Notes: generated by a model not told the origin, from the sequence alone. DNA of 64,000 bases from Pirellulales bacterium (GCA_040901675.1 JBBDYJ010000035.1:74054-138053); one strand, 5' to 3'. Counted from the first letter of the stretch, positions 20,989 to 30,548 are shown. A program made the numbers and translations.

Positions 20989-22265
20989 TGGCCATCGACA
21001 CTCCTGCCCGTATCGCCGTGCTGGGCGCGGGTCCGATCGGGCTGGAGGCCGCCCTCTATGGCCGCTATCTCGGCTACGACGTCGATGTTTACGAACGGGG
21101 CGGCATCGCCCAGAACCTGATTGATTGGGGGCACGTGCGGCTCTTTACTCCTTTCGGCGGCAACCGCACGGCGTTGGCATTGGCAGCGCTTGCCGCGCAA
21201 GATCCCGCCTGGCGGCCGCCGGATGACGACGCCTTACTGACGGGCCGCGAGCATGCCGAGCGATATCTGCTGCCGCTCGCCAGGTCCGATCTCCTCGAGG
21301 GGAGTATCCACGAGCAGACCCGCGTCGTGGCGGTCGGCCGCACGGAGTGGATGAAAGGCGACCTGGTGGCCGATGAAGCGCGCGGCGACGACCTCTTCCG
21401 CATCTTGCTCGACAGCGGCGGGCAGGAGCGCACCGCCCAGGCCAACGTGATCATCGACGCCACGGGCACCTATGGCAACCACAATTGGCTGGGGCGAGGC
21501 GGTATACCGGCGGTGGGCGAGCGGGCACTCGCGGATCGGATCGAATATGGCCTTCCCGACATCCTGGGCCGCGACCGCGCCAGCTACGCGGGCTGCCGCG
21601 TGTTGGTCGTCGGCTCCGGCTATTCGGCCGCCACGAACATCGTGTTGCTTGCCGAACTGGCAGCCCAGAGCCCCGCGACTCAAATCACCTGGATCACTCG
21701 CCGTCCGCCCGAGCCGGCCGATGGCCCCGCCGGCGGTCCGGTCCGCCTGGTGCCCGGCGACCGCTTGAGCGAACGTGAGCGGATGGCCAAGGTGGCCAAT
21801 GCCCTGGCTGCAAGCGGCGGCGCGGTCCAGCACCGCTCCGGCACGATGGTCGACCGCGTCGAGTGGCAGGCGGACAAGGATTCCTTTCTGGTCCACTTGT
21901 CCCACGACGGGCCGGCGGAAACCGTCGAGGTGGATCGAATCATCGCCAACGTCGGCTACCGGCCCGACAACAGCCTGTTTGCCGAGCTGCAGGTCCACGA
22001 GTGTTATGCGACCTCGGGACCGATGAAACTGGCGGCCCGACTGGCCGCTCATCCATCGCACGACTGCCTCGACCAGCCGCCGTCCAGCGCGTCGGCGCTG
22101 TTGAACCCGGAGCCGAATTTCTACATCCTGGGAGCCAAGAGCTACGGCCGCAACTCGAACTTCTTGCTCTCCACCGGCTTCGACCAGGTCCGCCAGGTGT
22201 TCTCGATCGTGGCCGACCGGGCCGATCTCGACCTCTATGCAACTGCGGGGAAGTCCCGGCCATGA
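20988..22265 (+). CDS. FAD/NAD(P)-dependent oxidoreductase (flavoprotein monooxygenase-like)
   Basis: GAGPIG, DATG, GSGYSA, ANVGYRPD, GAKSYGR; TGATG coupling to the upstream gene. Confidence 0.9.
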   Translation: MAIDTPARIAVLGAGPIGLEAALYGRYLGYDVDVYERGGIAQNLIDWGHVRLFTPFGGNRTALALAALAAQDPAWRPPDDDALLTGREHAERYLLPLARSDLLEGSIHEQTRVVAVGRTEWMKGDLVADEARGDDLFRILLDSGGQERTAQANVIIDATGTYGNHNWLGRGGIPAVGERALADRIEYGLPDILGRDRASYAGCRVLVVGSGYSAATNIVLLAELAAQSPATQITWITRRPPEPADGPAGGPVRLVPGDRLSERERMAKVANALAASGGAVQHRSGTMVDRVEWQADKDSFLVHLSHDGPAETVEVDRIIANVGYRPDNSLFAELQVHECYATSGPMKLAARLAAHPSHDCLDQPPSSASALLNPEPNFYILGAKSYGRNSNFLLSTGFDQVRQVFSIVADRADLDLYATAGKSRP

Positions 22266-23185
22266 CAAGTGCCTCATCAGTCAGCGCGTGGCACACCAGC
22301 AGTCCACCGGGGGAGGTACGCATCTCGCACCTGGACGATCTCTGGTTCCAGGTCACCGGCACGCTCTGTAACCTCTCCTGCCGGCACTGCTTCATCAGTT
22401 GCAGCCCCAAGAACGACGCCTTCGGATACCTCTCGCTGGACGAGGTGCGCCGCCGGCTGGAAGAATCGCTGCCGCTGGGGGTCAAGGAGTACTACTACAC
22501 CGGCGGCGAGCCCTTCCTGCACCCCGACATGACGGCCATCCTCTGCGAGACGCTTCGCTACGGCCCGGCCACCGTGCTGACCAACGGCACCATCTGCAAG
22601 CACGAGTGGCTCGAAAGGCTGGCCCGCGCCGAGGCGGCCAGCCTCTACAGCCTCGAGTTCCGCGTGTCGCTGGACGGCTTCTCGCCCGAGACCAACGATC
22701 CGATACGCGGCGAGGGGACCTTCGAGCGGGCCATGCGCGGAGTCGCCATGCTGGTGGAGCACGGCTTTCTGCCGATCATCACCGCCGCCCGCACCTGGGA
22801 CGATGCGCGGGATGCATCGGTGGTGGCCGCCTTTGTCGAGCTTTTGAAATGCGCCGGCTATAAACGGCCCCGCATCAAGATCCTGCCGACGCTGCGGCTG
22901 GGGGCCGAATCGACCCGGACCCATGGCTATGCCGACGACGAACGCGTCACCCGGGAGATGATGGCTGGTTTCGATGCCACCCAGTTGATCTGCGAGCACA
23001 GCCGCACCGTGACCGACCGCGGCGTCTGCGTCTGCCCCATCCTGATCGAGTCGCCCGATGCCCGCTTGGGCGATACGCTGTCCGAGTCGTTGCGGCCTTA
23101 CGAAATGCGGCACGGCGCATGCTCCACCTGCTACCAGCACGGAGCCATCTGCTCGAACCCATCGCGGGGGAACGGAGCGGGATAG
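22262..23185 (+). CDS. Radical SAM protein with Cys-rich C-terminus
   Basis: CNLSCRHC (CxxxCxxC), TGGEPF, VSLDG; C-terminal C...CVC...CSTC...C; ATGA overlap with the upstream gene. Confidence 0.92.
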   Translation: MTSASSVSAWHTSSPPGEVRISHLDDLWFQVTGTLCNLSCRHCFISCSPKNDAFGYLSLDEVRRRLEESLPLGVKEYYYTGGEPFLHPDMTAILCETLRYGPATVLTNGTICKHEWLERLARAEAASLYSLEFRVSLDGFSPETNDPIRGEGTFERAMRGVAMLVEHGFLPIITAARTWDDARDASVVAAFVELLKCAGYKRPRIKILPTLRLGAESTRTHGYADDERVTREMMAGFDATQLICEHSRTVTDRGVCVCPILIESPDARLGDTLSESLRPYEMRHGACSTCYQHGAICSNPSRGNGAG

Positions 23186-23973
23186 TGACGACGCGGATTG
23201 CGTGTTTTGGAGGCGTCTACAGCAACTACCTGGCGCTGGGGGCGGCGATCCGCAGCGCGCGGAGCAGAGGAGCTGAGGCGATTTATTGCTTGGGCGACTT
23301 GGGAGCTTTCGGGCCGCACCCGGACCGCGTGTTTCCGATTCTCCGCGAAGCCGGCGTCCACTGCATCCAGGGCAACTACGACCATTCGGTCGGGCATGAG
23401 CTCGACGATTGCCGTTGCGGGTATACCGATCCGCGCGACAACTACTTCGCCCAGATCAGCTACGACTACACGCTGGCCAATACTTCGGCCGCCAACCGGC
23501 GCTGGCTGCAAAGCTTGCCGCCGCAGATGCGTCTGCAGCTTGGGCCGGCAAAGCTGCTCTTGTGCCACGGCAGCCCGCGGAAGGTGAACGAGTTCCTCTG
23601 GGAGTCGACCACGCCGACGCACTTTCTGGACAAGCTGGCCGACGACCACGCGGCCGACGTGATTCTGGCGACGCACACGGGCATCCATTGGCAGCGGCCG
23701 TTGGCCCGCGGCCGCAGCTTCGTGAACGTGGGCGCACTGGGCCGCCCCGAGAACGGCGGCCGCACAAACGTCTGGTACACGCTCGTGGAGCATTCACCGT
23801 CCGGCGGCCTGACCGTCGAATTCGTGCCGGTCGAGTACGACCACCTCAGGCTGGCACGGGAGATGGCGGCCGAACGTCTGCCGGACGAATTCCAGCAGAC
23901 CATCCTGACCGGGTGGTGGACCACCTGCCTCGAGGTGCTGCCCAGCAAAGAGCGCCGCCGCGGCCGCTTCTAG
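23185..23973 (+). CDS. Metallophosphoesterase (YfcE-like) with atypical motif I
   Basis: CLGDL, QGNYD, CHGSP, THTG; motif I is FGGVYSN instead of DxH; TAGTG coupling. Confidence 0.88.
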   Translation: MTTRIACFGGVYSNYLALGAAIRSARSRGAEAIYCLGDLGAFGPHPDRVFPILREAGVHCIQGNYDHSVGHELDDCRCGYTDPRDNYFAQISYDYTLANTSAANRRWLQSLPPQMRLQLGPAKLLLCHGSPRKVNEFLWESTTPTHFLDKLADDHAADVILATHTGIHWQRPLARGRSFVNVGALGRPENGGRTNVWYTLVEHSPSGGLTVEFVPVEYDHLRLAREMAAERLPDEFQQTILTGWWTTCLEVLPSKERRRGRF

Positions 23974-24006
23974 GACAGAGGTCGGAGGTCAGAAGTCAGA
24001 GGTCGG
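23974..24006. repeat. Heptamer array (CAGAGGT-type) abutting a stop codon
   Basis: GACAGAGGTCGGAGGTCAGAAGTCAGAGGTCGG. Confidence 0.8.
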
Positions 24007-24008
24007 TC

Positions 24009-24240
24009 GGGTGGCTGGTGGCAAAGCGTCAGCGTGCCCCAGTCCTTGTCCCCCTTCCTCCGCCCCTTCTTCTATGCCGCCACCGTTACCAGCAGCTCTT
24101 GGGCCACCGCCTCGACTTGGGCGGGGTGGCTGGTGGCAAAGCGTCAGCGTGCCCCAGTCCTTGTCCCCCTTCCGCCGCCCCCTTCTTCTATGCCGCCACT
24201 GTTACCAGCAGCTCTTGGGCCACCGCTTCGACTTGGGCGG
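24009..24240. repeat. About 116-bp tandem duplication containing a REP-like unit and the 3' end of the ExeA-like gene
   Basis: Copies at 24009-24124 and 24124-24240 with only a few differences. Confidence 0.95.
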
Positions 24241-25006
24241 CGGCGACCGTGGGGCGTTCCTCGGCAAAGCCGATCAGCAAGGCCAGGTCGGCCAGGCGGT
24301 GGATGCGGCGCGGCACGCCCTGCGTCAGGTAAAACAGGGCCTCCAGGGCATCTGCCTCGAAGATCAACCGCGTGGCGCCTGCCGCTCGCAGGCGGTGCTC
24401 GACGTAGGCGGCCGTCTCGTCGAGCGACAGGGGACGCAGCAGGCACTTGCTTGCGATCCGCTCGTCGAGCGACGTCTTGCGCTCGATCGTCGTTGCCAGG
24501 CATGGCTGGCCGACGAACAGTATGGTCAGCACGGGGCGGGCGGCCGCCTCAAAGTTCATCAGTAACCGCAGCGCATCGAAGGCCCGGCCGTCGTCGAGCA
24601 GGTGCGCGTCGTCGATGGCCACCACGGCGTGCCGCCCCTGCGCGGCGTTGTCGGCTAGTGTCCGCTGGATTCGCTCCACCGCCTCGGCCAGCGACGACGC
24701 AGCAGGCACCTGCGCCGGATCGAGGCGTGCGGCCAGAGCGGTCACGAGCTCGGCCGCGGGCAACTGTGGAAAATCGAAGTGGACCACCGGCCTGTACCGT
24801 TCGGGCAATTGCTGGGCCAGCATCCGCACCAGCAGGCTCTTGCCGGTGCCGGGCTCGCCGGCCAGCAGGGCCGCGTGCCGTTGGCTCTCGATCGCATAGC
24901 GCAGCTTGAGCAGCGCCGCCTGGTGCGACTCGGCCGGATAATAGAGCCGCGTATCGCCGCCGGACTCGAAGGGCTTGGAGTTGAGCCGCCAGTAAGACTC
25001 GTACAT
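24188..25006 (-). CDS. ExeA-family AAA ATPase
   Basis: MYESYWRLNSKPF, GEPGTGKS, IDDAH, GQP, GVPRRIHRLADLALL. Confidence 0.92.
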   Translation of the reverse strand: MYESYWRLNSKPFESGGDTRLYYPAESHQAALLKLRYAIESQRHAALLAGEPGTGKSLLVRMLAQQLPERYRPVVHFDFPQLPAAELVTALAARLDPAQVPAASSLAEAVERIQRTLADNAAQGRHAVVAIDDAHLLDDGRAFDALRLLMNFEAAARPVLTILFVGQPCLATTIERKTSLDERIASKCLLRPLSLDETAAYVEHRLRAAGATRLIFEADALEALFYLTQGVPRRIHRLADLALLIGFAEERPTVAAAQVEAVAQELLVTVAA

Positions 25007-25007
25007 G

Positions 25008-25886
25008 TCAGGCTCGCACGAAGGTTTCCACAATGTCCCACTGCGCGATGCCGTACCGCGCCAGCGACCGGCCCACGGCCTGGCAATCTTCCATGGTCGA
25101 GTGGCGCGTGTCGCGAACCACCAGGGCGGCGTCGATCATCGGGTGGCAGTCGAGGATCGACATCCGGCGATCGCCCGCCGCACCGATCCACGGGCCGCCG
25201 TCGATACAAACCAGCGCGTATTGGTGGACCAGCGACTCGATCACGGACTGCACGCGGGTCGCGACCCTGGCCGTGCGGGCGCCGAAGGCCAGCGAGGTCG
25301 CCGGCAGCAGTGTGACCGGCTCGGCCAGCGACTCCACCAGCGCTTCGCTCAGCGGCTGCTGCCCGAACAGCAGGTCCTGCCAGCCCGCCTGGGGCACGAT
25401 GCCCAACTGGTCGGCCAGTTGCGGACGCCCAAAGTCGGCTTCGACCAAGGCAACCTTGCCAAGCTTGCCGGCGGCAAGGCGGGCCAGCGCCATGGCGAGC
25501 GTGGTGCGTCCCTCGCCGCGGCGGCAGCCGGTCACCAGGATCGACCTGGGCCGCGTTGCCCCGGTCAAGGTCGGCAAATAATCGCAGAAATAGCCGGCCG
25601 GATCTTCCAGCAGTCGATTGACGGCGTCGGGCCACTCGAACCGCTGCACCTCGTACGCGGGGAGCATCGGTTCCGGCGCCTTGGACGTTTCGACGGCGGC
25701 TGGAGCACTCGCGCCCGGTGGATGCGCGACTCGGCCGGAGTCGGGCGCCACCGGGTCAAGCGGAATGTGCGGCGCCGCGATCGGCGGATGCCCGCTGGCC
25801 CTTCCTTGCTCGGCCGGCTGCGCCGTCGAGACCTGCTGGTCCTGCTTCTGATAGGCGCGGATGAATGCCTGGTCGAGCGTGCTCAT
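25008..25886 (-). CDS. CpsD/CapB-like (BY-kinase/ParA-type) P-loop protein
   Basis: MSTLDQAFIRAY, degenerate Walker A GCRRGEGRTT, LVEADFGRP, CIDGGP. Confidence 0.75.
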   Translation of the reverse strand: MSTLDQAFIRAYQKQDQQVSTAQPAEQGRASGHPPIAAPHIPLDPVAPDSGRVAHPPGASAPAAVETSKAPEPMLPAYEVQRFEWPDAVNRLLEDPAGYFCDYLPTLTGATRPRSILVTGCRRGEGRTTLAMALARLAAGKLGKVALVEADFGRPQLADQLGIVPQAGWQDLLFGQQPLSEALVESLAEPVTLLPATSLAFGARTARVATRVQSVIESLVHQYALVCIDGGPWIGAAGDRRMSILDCHPMIDAALVVRDTRHSTMEDCQAVGRSLARYGIAQWDIVETFVRA

Positions 25887-26707
25887 GGTTGGCGTCCGTT
25901 TAGCGCGGTATCGCCGGCGGCGCTGTCCAAGGGCTCGATGCCCCCGAGCGTGGCCACGCCCGGCTCGATCGTTGCACCAGATTTGAACTCGGGCCAAAAC
26001 TGCGGCCGGGTGGCCACGCGCAGGGCCGGGTCGTCGGACTGCGGCGGTTGTCGCGCCAAGTCGACTTCCAGCGGTGCAGTCTCGCCCGCCGGGGCCATTT
26101 CATAGTTTGGCATGGCCGGATCTTGCTCCGCCCCCAACGCGCGCGATGGCGATTCGAAACCGTCGGGCTGCGGCACGACAATCTCTACCGGCCCGGCGTC
26201 CGCCGACCTTCGGACTGGGCTCCCCGCCGTGGCCGGCAACTGGCGGGCCGACCAGGCTGGAGGCGCTTTCGATGGCCCAGGCTCGGCCGCGCCATTGAAC
26301 AACACCGGCGCGATCACCTGCACCGCCAGGGCCGAAACGATGGCCAGCCAGGCCTTGGGTTGCTGGAGAACGAAATAAACCGCGCTCAAAGAGGCCAGCG
26401 TGCTTCGCGATCGTCTGGTCAGGTTATCGACCAGCAGGGCCAGGCGAGGCCGGGCTCGGAGCTCGGCGGGCGGCACATGCTGCGATGCAGCCGGCGCTGT
26501 CTCGGCCTCTGGCGGGCGGACCGGGGCGGATTCAATGCCTTCTGCAATCGGCGCGCTGCCATCCTCGGCCGTTCGAATCGCCGGAAGGACGGCGCCGGCA
26601 TCAGCCGTTGCCAGGTCGGGGAGCCGGATCACCACCCGCGGACTTGCCCCTTCAGAAGCCGCCAGGTGAGGGGCATGACTGATGTTTCGAGCCGAGTGCA
26701 TGGGCAA
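25883..26707 (-). CDS. Hypothetical Pro/Ala-rich membrane protein
   Basis: 4-bp overlap with the downstream gene; one hydrophobic segment; start uncertain. Confidence 0.55.
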   Translation of the reverse strand: MPMHSARNISHAPHLAASEGASPRVVIRLPDLATADAGAVLPAIRTAEDGSAPIAEGIESAPVRPPEAETAPAASQHVPPAELRARPRLALLVDNLTRRSRSTLASLSAVYFVLQQPKAWLAIVSALAVQVIAPVLFNGAAEPGPSKAPPAWSARQLPATAGSPVRRSADAGPVEIVVPQPDGFESPSRALGAEQDPAMPNYEMAPAGETAPLEVDLARQPPQSDDPALRVATRPQFWPEFKSGATIEPGVATLGGIEPLDSAAGDTALNGRQP

Positions 26708-27028
26708 TTTGGTCCGGCCGTAGATCGCGTGTGCGCTGAATCACGTTATCTATCGGTTCCGGTCGTAAGGAACTTGAGCAATAAACGGGTTTTGACGACT
26801 GGGTAATTTGGGCCGGCCAGGGAAGCAGAGTGAAAAGGCGGGTTGGTAAGGCCCTCTCGCGCCACTGCTGGGTTAGCTGCCGTCGTGTCGGCAGCTCCAA
26901 GCAGTGCGGTATGGGCAGCACATTTTTGCCTAGCGGCTGATCCCCCTCCCGGGTTCGTCCCCCTTGATTATGATTATTGTCTTCCTCTATGCCGGCGGCA
27001 CGCGGTCAATTAGGGGAGAAGAGTTGCA

Positions 27029-27307
27029 ATGCCGATAATGACCTTGGAAATCCCCGACGAAGTCCTTTTCGCTCTCCGTCAATCGCCTGCGGAGTTCGTT
27101 CGCGAAATGCGGCTGGCGGCCGCCATACACTGGTACGCGCGCGGAACAATCTCGCAAGAGAAAACGGCTGAGATTGCCGGTTTGGACCGGACGGACTTCC
27201 TCATGGCCCTTGCGCGCGAACAGGTCCCCGCGTTTCAAGTCGACATCGAGCAACTTCGCGGAGAGATTGAGCGTGGTCTTGAACCAGGCACTCTCCCTGG
27301 TCGATGA
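27029..27307 (+). CDS. UPF0175-family protein (putative antitoxin), no partner gene
   Basis: EMRLAAAIHWY..GTISQEKTAEIAGLDRTDFL HTH-like motif. Confidence 0.85.
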   Translation: MPIMTLEIPDEVLFALRQSPAEFVREMRLAAAIHWYARGTISQEKTAEIAGLDRTDFLMALAREQVPAFQVDIEQLRGEIERGLEPGTLPGR

Positions 27308-27363
27308 ATAGTAAGAAAAAACGACCTGTACTTTTCATGGCTTTCCATAGCCGAGGGCGCAGT

Positions 27364-29217
27364 TCAATCTGCCTGGAACACGCGCAGCGAAGCCAGGGCG
27401 GATTCGATGTCTGCAACGGCTTGCGACTCCGGCGCCTCCGCCCCGGCACGCAGGTCGTCGAGCAGGCCCCCAAGCAGCTCCCTCTCCAGCCAGCCGGCCA
27501 GCCAACCGGCCCGGCGCTCGGCGTAGCCGGTCTGCAAGCGGCGAAATAGCCGGGCGGCGGCCTGCTTCACCCCCTCGCCCGTGGCCGTCACCACCGCCTC
27601 GCCGCCCCCCGTGATGCCGCCGGCGATCGCCGCTTCGGTCGCCAACGTCGAGACGGTCTGGCCGGCCACGTGCGCCGCCGCCTGCCCCACCACGTCGCCC
27701 GCCACAATCCAACCGCTCACCGCCAGCGACACGGTAATCGCCGGCCGCGCCAGCGCCGCCACGTGGTCCAACGATCGCAGCAGGCTGACCGCCCTCGGGT
27801 TCGCCTCGCCCCAACGGTCCAGCTCCGCGCGCAGAAAATCGCGGTAATCGTCGTCCAAGGCCGGCAGCTCGGCATGAGCCGCGATCACGCGCTCTAGTAA
27901 CTGCTGCCGCGAGGCGCCGCCCAACAGCCCGGCCAGCCGGGGTCGAAGCGTGTCGTTGCCGACCTGGCTGAGGCGGTCCAGCTCGTCGAGCAACTTTTGA
28001 ACCGCCTCGACAATCGCGTCGCGCTCGCTGGTATGAAAGGCGGCCAGCGGTTCGGGGGCCGGTCCCGCAATGCCCTCCCAGGCCTTGCGCACCGGCCAGA
28101 GCACTCCCTGTCCCAACACCCGGTAAAAGCCGTGCACCTGCCGCGACCAGGGACTGCGGCTGGCATCCCACCAGCCGCGGATCTCCTCGACCAGCAACCG
28201 CGCCGGCAACGCCGGCCATTGCACGCGGGCCATGTCGCTGGTCGACAGCGCCGCCGCCGCCGCGGCAAACTCGCCGCTCGCCTGCCGCAGCCGGGCCAGG
28301 TAGCCGGCCGCCCCTTCGCTCTCGTCCAGCACGCGCGCCAGCGCGCCCTGGAACGTGCGGATCTTGATCGCGTCGAAGTGCAGCGACGCCAGCTCCTCGC
28401 GCAGCGAAGACGCCGGCCCCAGCGGACCCTGGCCATCGGCCCCGGCCGGATAAAACGGCAACTGCAGCTCGCCCGCCGCCGCGCGGTCATACGGGATCAC
28501 GTACACCAGGTGCGGCGTGGCGCCCGTTTCGCCGCTGAACGTCTCCAGCCAACGCGGCCAGTAGTCGCGGTCCCCTTCCAGGTCGCACTGGTTAAAGACG
28601 ACGACCACCGCCTTGTCCGCTTCGGCCGCCTTGCGAAAGAACTGCTTGACGGCGGCGTCGTTGTATTTCTGCTGCGTCAAGACGGCGATCAGCACGTCGG
28701 CCGATTGGCGGATCTGGTCGGCGCGCTGCCAGTTGACCGCCACGTCCGAGTCGATGTCCGGCGTGTCCAGCAACAAGAGCCGCTCGGGCACGGCCTGGCC
28801 GCGCCGCCAGAACAAGAGATGCTCGGCCGTATCGGCCAGGGCGTCGTCAGCCGACTGCCAGCGGCGCAGTTGAAATCCGTCGAACAGACCCTGCAGCAAC
28901 TCCTCGCGGTCGCACCCCTCGGGCGCCAAGCAGACCGGGTGCCGGGTGCCGGCCGCCAACGGGCTGACGGCGCTGGCCATCTCGCCGCCCAGGTGGTTGA
29001 AAACCAGCGACTTGCCGATGTTGGTGCCCCCCACCACCGCCACCACCAGCACCGGCGGGGCGTCCAACTGGGCCAACAGCTTATGAGCCAAAAGCTCGTA
29101 CCATTCCTCCTTGTCCGGCGGCGGCAGGCCGACCGCGCGGGCCGCCGGCGCCAGCGCCCCCAGCGCATGGTGCAAGCGTTTGACCTGTGCGGCCCAGGCA
29201 TGGAAGTCGGCACTCAT
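27364..29217 (-). CDS. Dynamin-like/Era-like GTPase domain protein
   Basis: G1 GGTNIGKS, G3 DTPDIDS, VFNQ; helical C-terminus with a hydrophobic stretch. Confidence 0.85.
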   Translation of the reverse strand: MSADFHAWAAQVKRLHHALGALAPAARAVGLPPPDKEEWYELLAHKLLAQLDAPPVLVVAVVGGTNIGKSLVFNHLGGEMASAVSPLAAGTRHPVCLAPEGCDREELLQGLFDGFQLRRWQSADDALADTAEHLLFWRRGQAVPERLLLLDTPDIDSDVAVNWQRADQIRQSADVLIAVLTQQKYNDAAVKQFFRKAAEADKAVVVVFNQCDLEGDRDYWPRWLETFSGETGATPHLVYVIPYDRAAAGELQLPFYPAGADGQGPLGPASSLREELASLHFDAIKIRTFQGALARVLDESEGAAGYLARLRQASGEFAAAAAALSTSDMARVQWPALPARLLVEEIRGWWDASRSPWSRQVHGFYRVLGQGVLWPVRKAWEGIAGPAPEPLAAFHTSERDAIVEAVQKLLDELDRLSQVGNDTLRPRLAGLLGGASRQQLLERVIAAHAELPALDDDYRDFLRAELDRWGEANPRAVSLLRSLDHVAALARPAITVSLAVSGWIVAGDVVGQAAAHVAGQTVSTLATEAAIAGGITGGGEAVVTATGEGVKQAAARLFRRLQTGYAERRAGWLAGWLERELLGGLLDDLRAGAEAPESQAVADIESALASLRVFQAD

Positions 29218-29412
29218 CGAGCACGGCAGTATAGCGGAAGGAAGAAGGCAGTCAGCCGCGCGACCACAACAGTCCCGTGCCGCTGCTTAAAGCTGGTGGC
29301 TTGGCCGGCAGTTTCAAGCACTGATCTTCAGGCTCCCCTCCCCGTCCGACCCAGTTTGTTGTCCTAAGCGCCACGGACAGGGCGACTTGTGGCTGTGGCC
29401 TATTTTTGGCAC

Positions 29413-29440
29413 TTGACGCATGTGCGACAGCCTCTATATT
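29413..29440 (+). promoter_or_regulatory. Possible sigma-70 promoter for the HicAB-like pair
   Basis: TTGACG-N16-TATATT in an AT-rich intergenic region. Confidence 0.4.
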
Positions 29441-29640
29441 GGTCGTTCTCAATTTCCCGCTCAACCTGTTGCTCGCAGCTTTGCACGGCGTAAGATAGGT
29501 AAAGTGCCCAGCGCGCCGATCCCGATAGCAGGAAAAGCCAGGGATGGTCTGCGGCGTGCCAAACTGGAAGGCTTGCTGCTTGGTCGTCGCATTCTGCGGC
29601 GACTTTGTTTTTGCGCTGTGCGGCGACCGAAACGGCCTTC

Positions 29641-29864
29641 ATGTCGCGCCCAGGCACAAAAACGATGATATCGAGTATGCCATTCAATACGCCGAAGCCC
29701 ATAATTGGCGGTTCGTCAAGTCCGAAGGGCATCCATTCTGTCGGCTCAAGTGTCCGCATGCCGCTCGTGGTGGTTGCACAATGTCGGTCTGGTCCACGCC
29801 AAAGGATCCGTTTTTGCACGCACGCCGAATAATGCGGAAGGTGGACAACTGCCCGCATCATTGA
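29641..29864 (+). pseudogene. HicA-like toxin with an apparent 1-bp deletion after codon 3
   Basis: Body HKNDDIEYAIQYAEAHNWRFVKSEGHPFCRLKC...SVWSTP. ATG 29641 joins this frame only if one C is added at 29649-29651 (MSRPRHK). Confidence 0.65.
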
Positions 29865-29883
29865 GGCTGGATGGGAGAGCAAA

Positions 29884-30255
29884 ATGAGTGCTGCTACTAC
29901 AGAACGTTCTCGGCTGGGGGCCGAGAAGGACGTATATTCGTTCACGCTACTGCTGGAAGGCGTCAACGAAATCACAGATGATCTGGAGCGCGTGCTTTAC
30001 GATGCCGGATGCGATGATGCTTTGCTGAGCGCGTCGGAGGACGAAGTATCCCTCGATTTCGACCGGGAGGCGTCGTCAATGTTCGAGGCGATTCGCAGTG
30101 CCATTCACGCCGTGGAAACTTGCGGATTGCCGATTCGCGTGCGAAGAGTCGTCCCCCCGGGACACCATGCGATTCGCATGATGAATAACTTCCTCGAATT
30201 GAGAGACGAACAGCCAGATCTCGTCGAGGAACTTCGGAAGCTGAATCGCGGCTGA
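29884..30255 (+). CDS. HicB-like putative antitoxin
   Basis: YSFTLLL...LYDAGCDDALL...LDFDREA.S...AIRSAI pattern; directly downstream of the HicA-like ORF. Confidence 0.7.
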   Translation: MSAATTERSRLGAEKDVYSFTLLLEGVNEITDDLERVLYDAGCDDALLSASEDEVSLDFDREASSMFEAIRSAIHAVETCGLPIRVRRVVPPGHHAIRMMNNFLELRDEQPDLVEELRKLNRG

Positions 30256-30548
30256 CGTCGCGATTCTGGGCATCGATGCCCAGATTCCTCTCGGCAAGCG
30301 GTCGCCCGACAACACCAGGCGGTTCATGCTGGACATGAGCCGGCGGGCGGGGTTCCCCGGTCTGCACTCCAGCGGTGCCCACCCCTTCGGGGCCCGTGGA
30401 TTCCCGTCCTATCGTCCAAATCAGCACCGATGCCTTCGGGGGCTATCCGTCTCGCGACGGGGGTCCCTTGTAGGGCTCCGCGGAGCTGTTCTACAATCCA
30501 GGGTTCAACCTTTCGCCACCGAAACGGATTTCCGCACGTCCGCCGCCT

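Noticed and set aside
21863-22261. Long N-terminal extension of the radical SAM ORF
   Set aside because: It overlaps the flavoprotein gene out of frame; ATGA coupling marks 22262 as the start.
24009-24240. DGR template/variable repeat pair
   Set aside because: No reverse transcriptase in the window; the differences are silent and the adenines are in the gene copy, opposite to DGR expectation.
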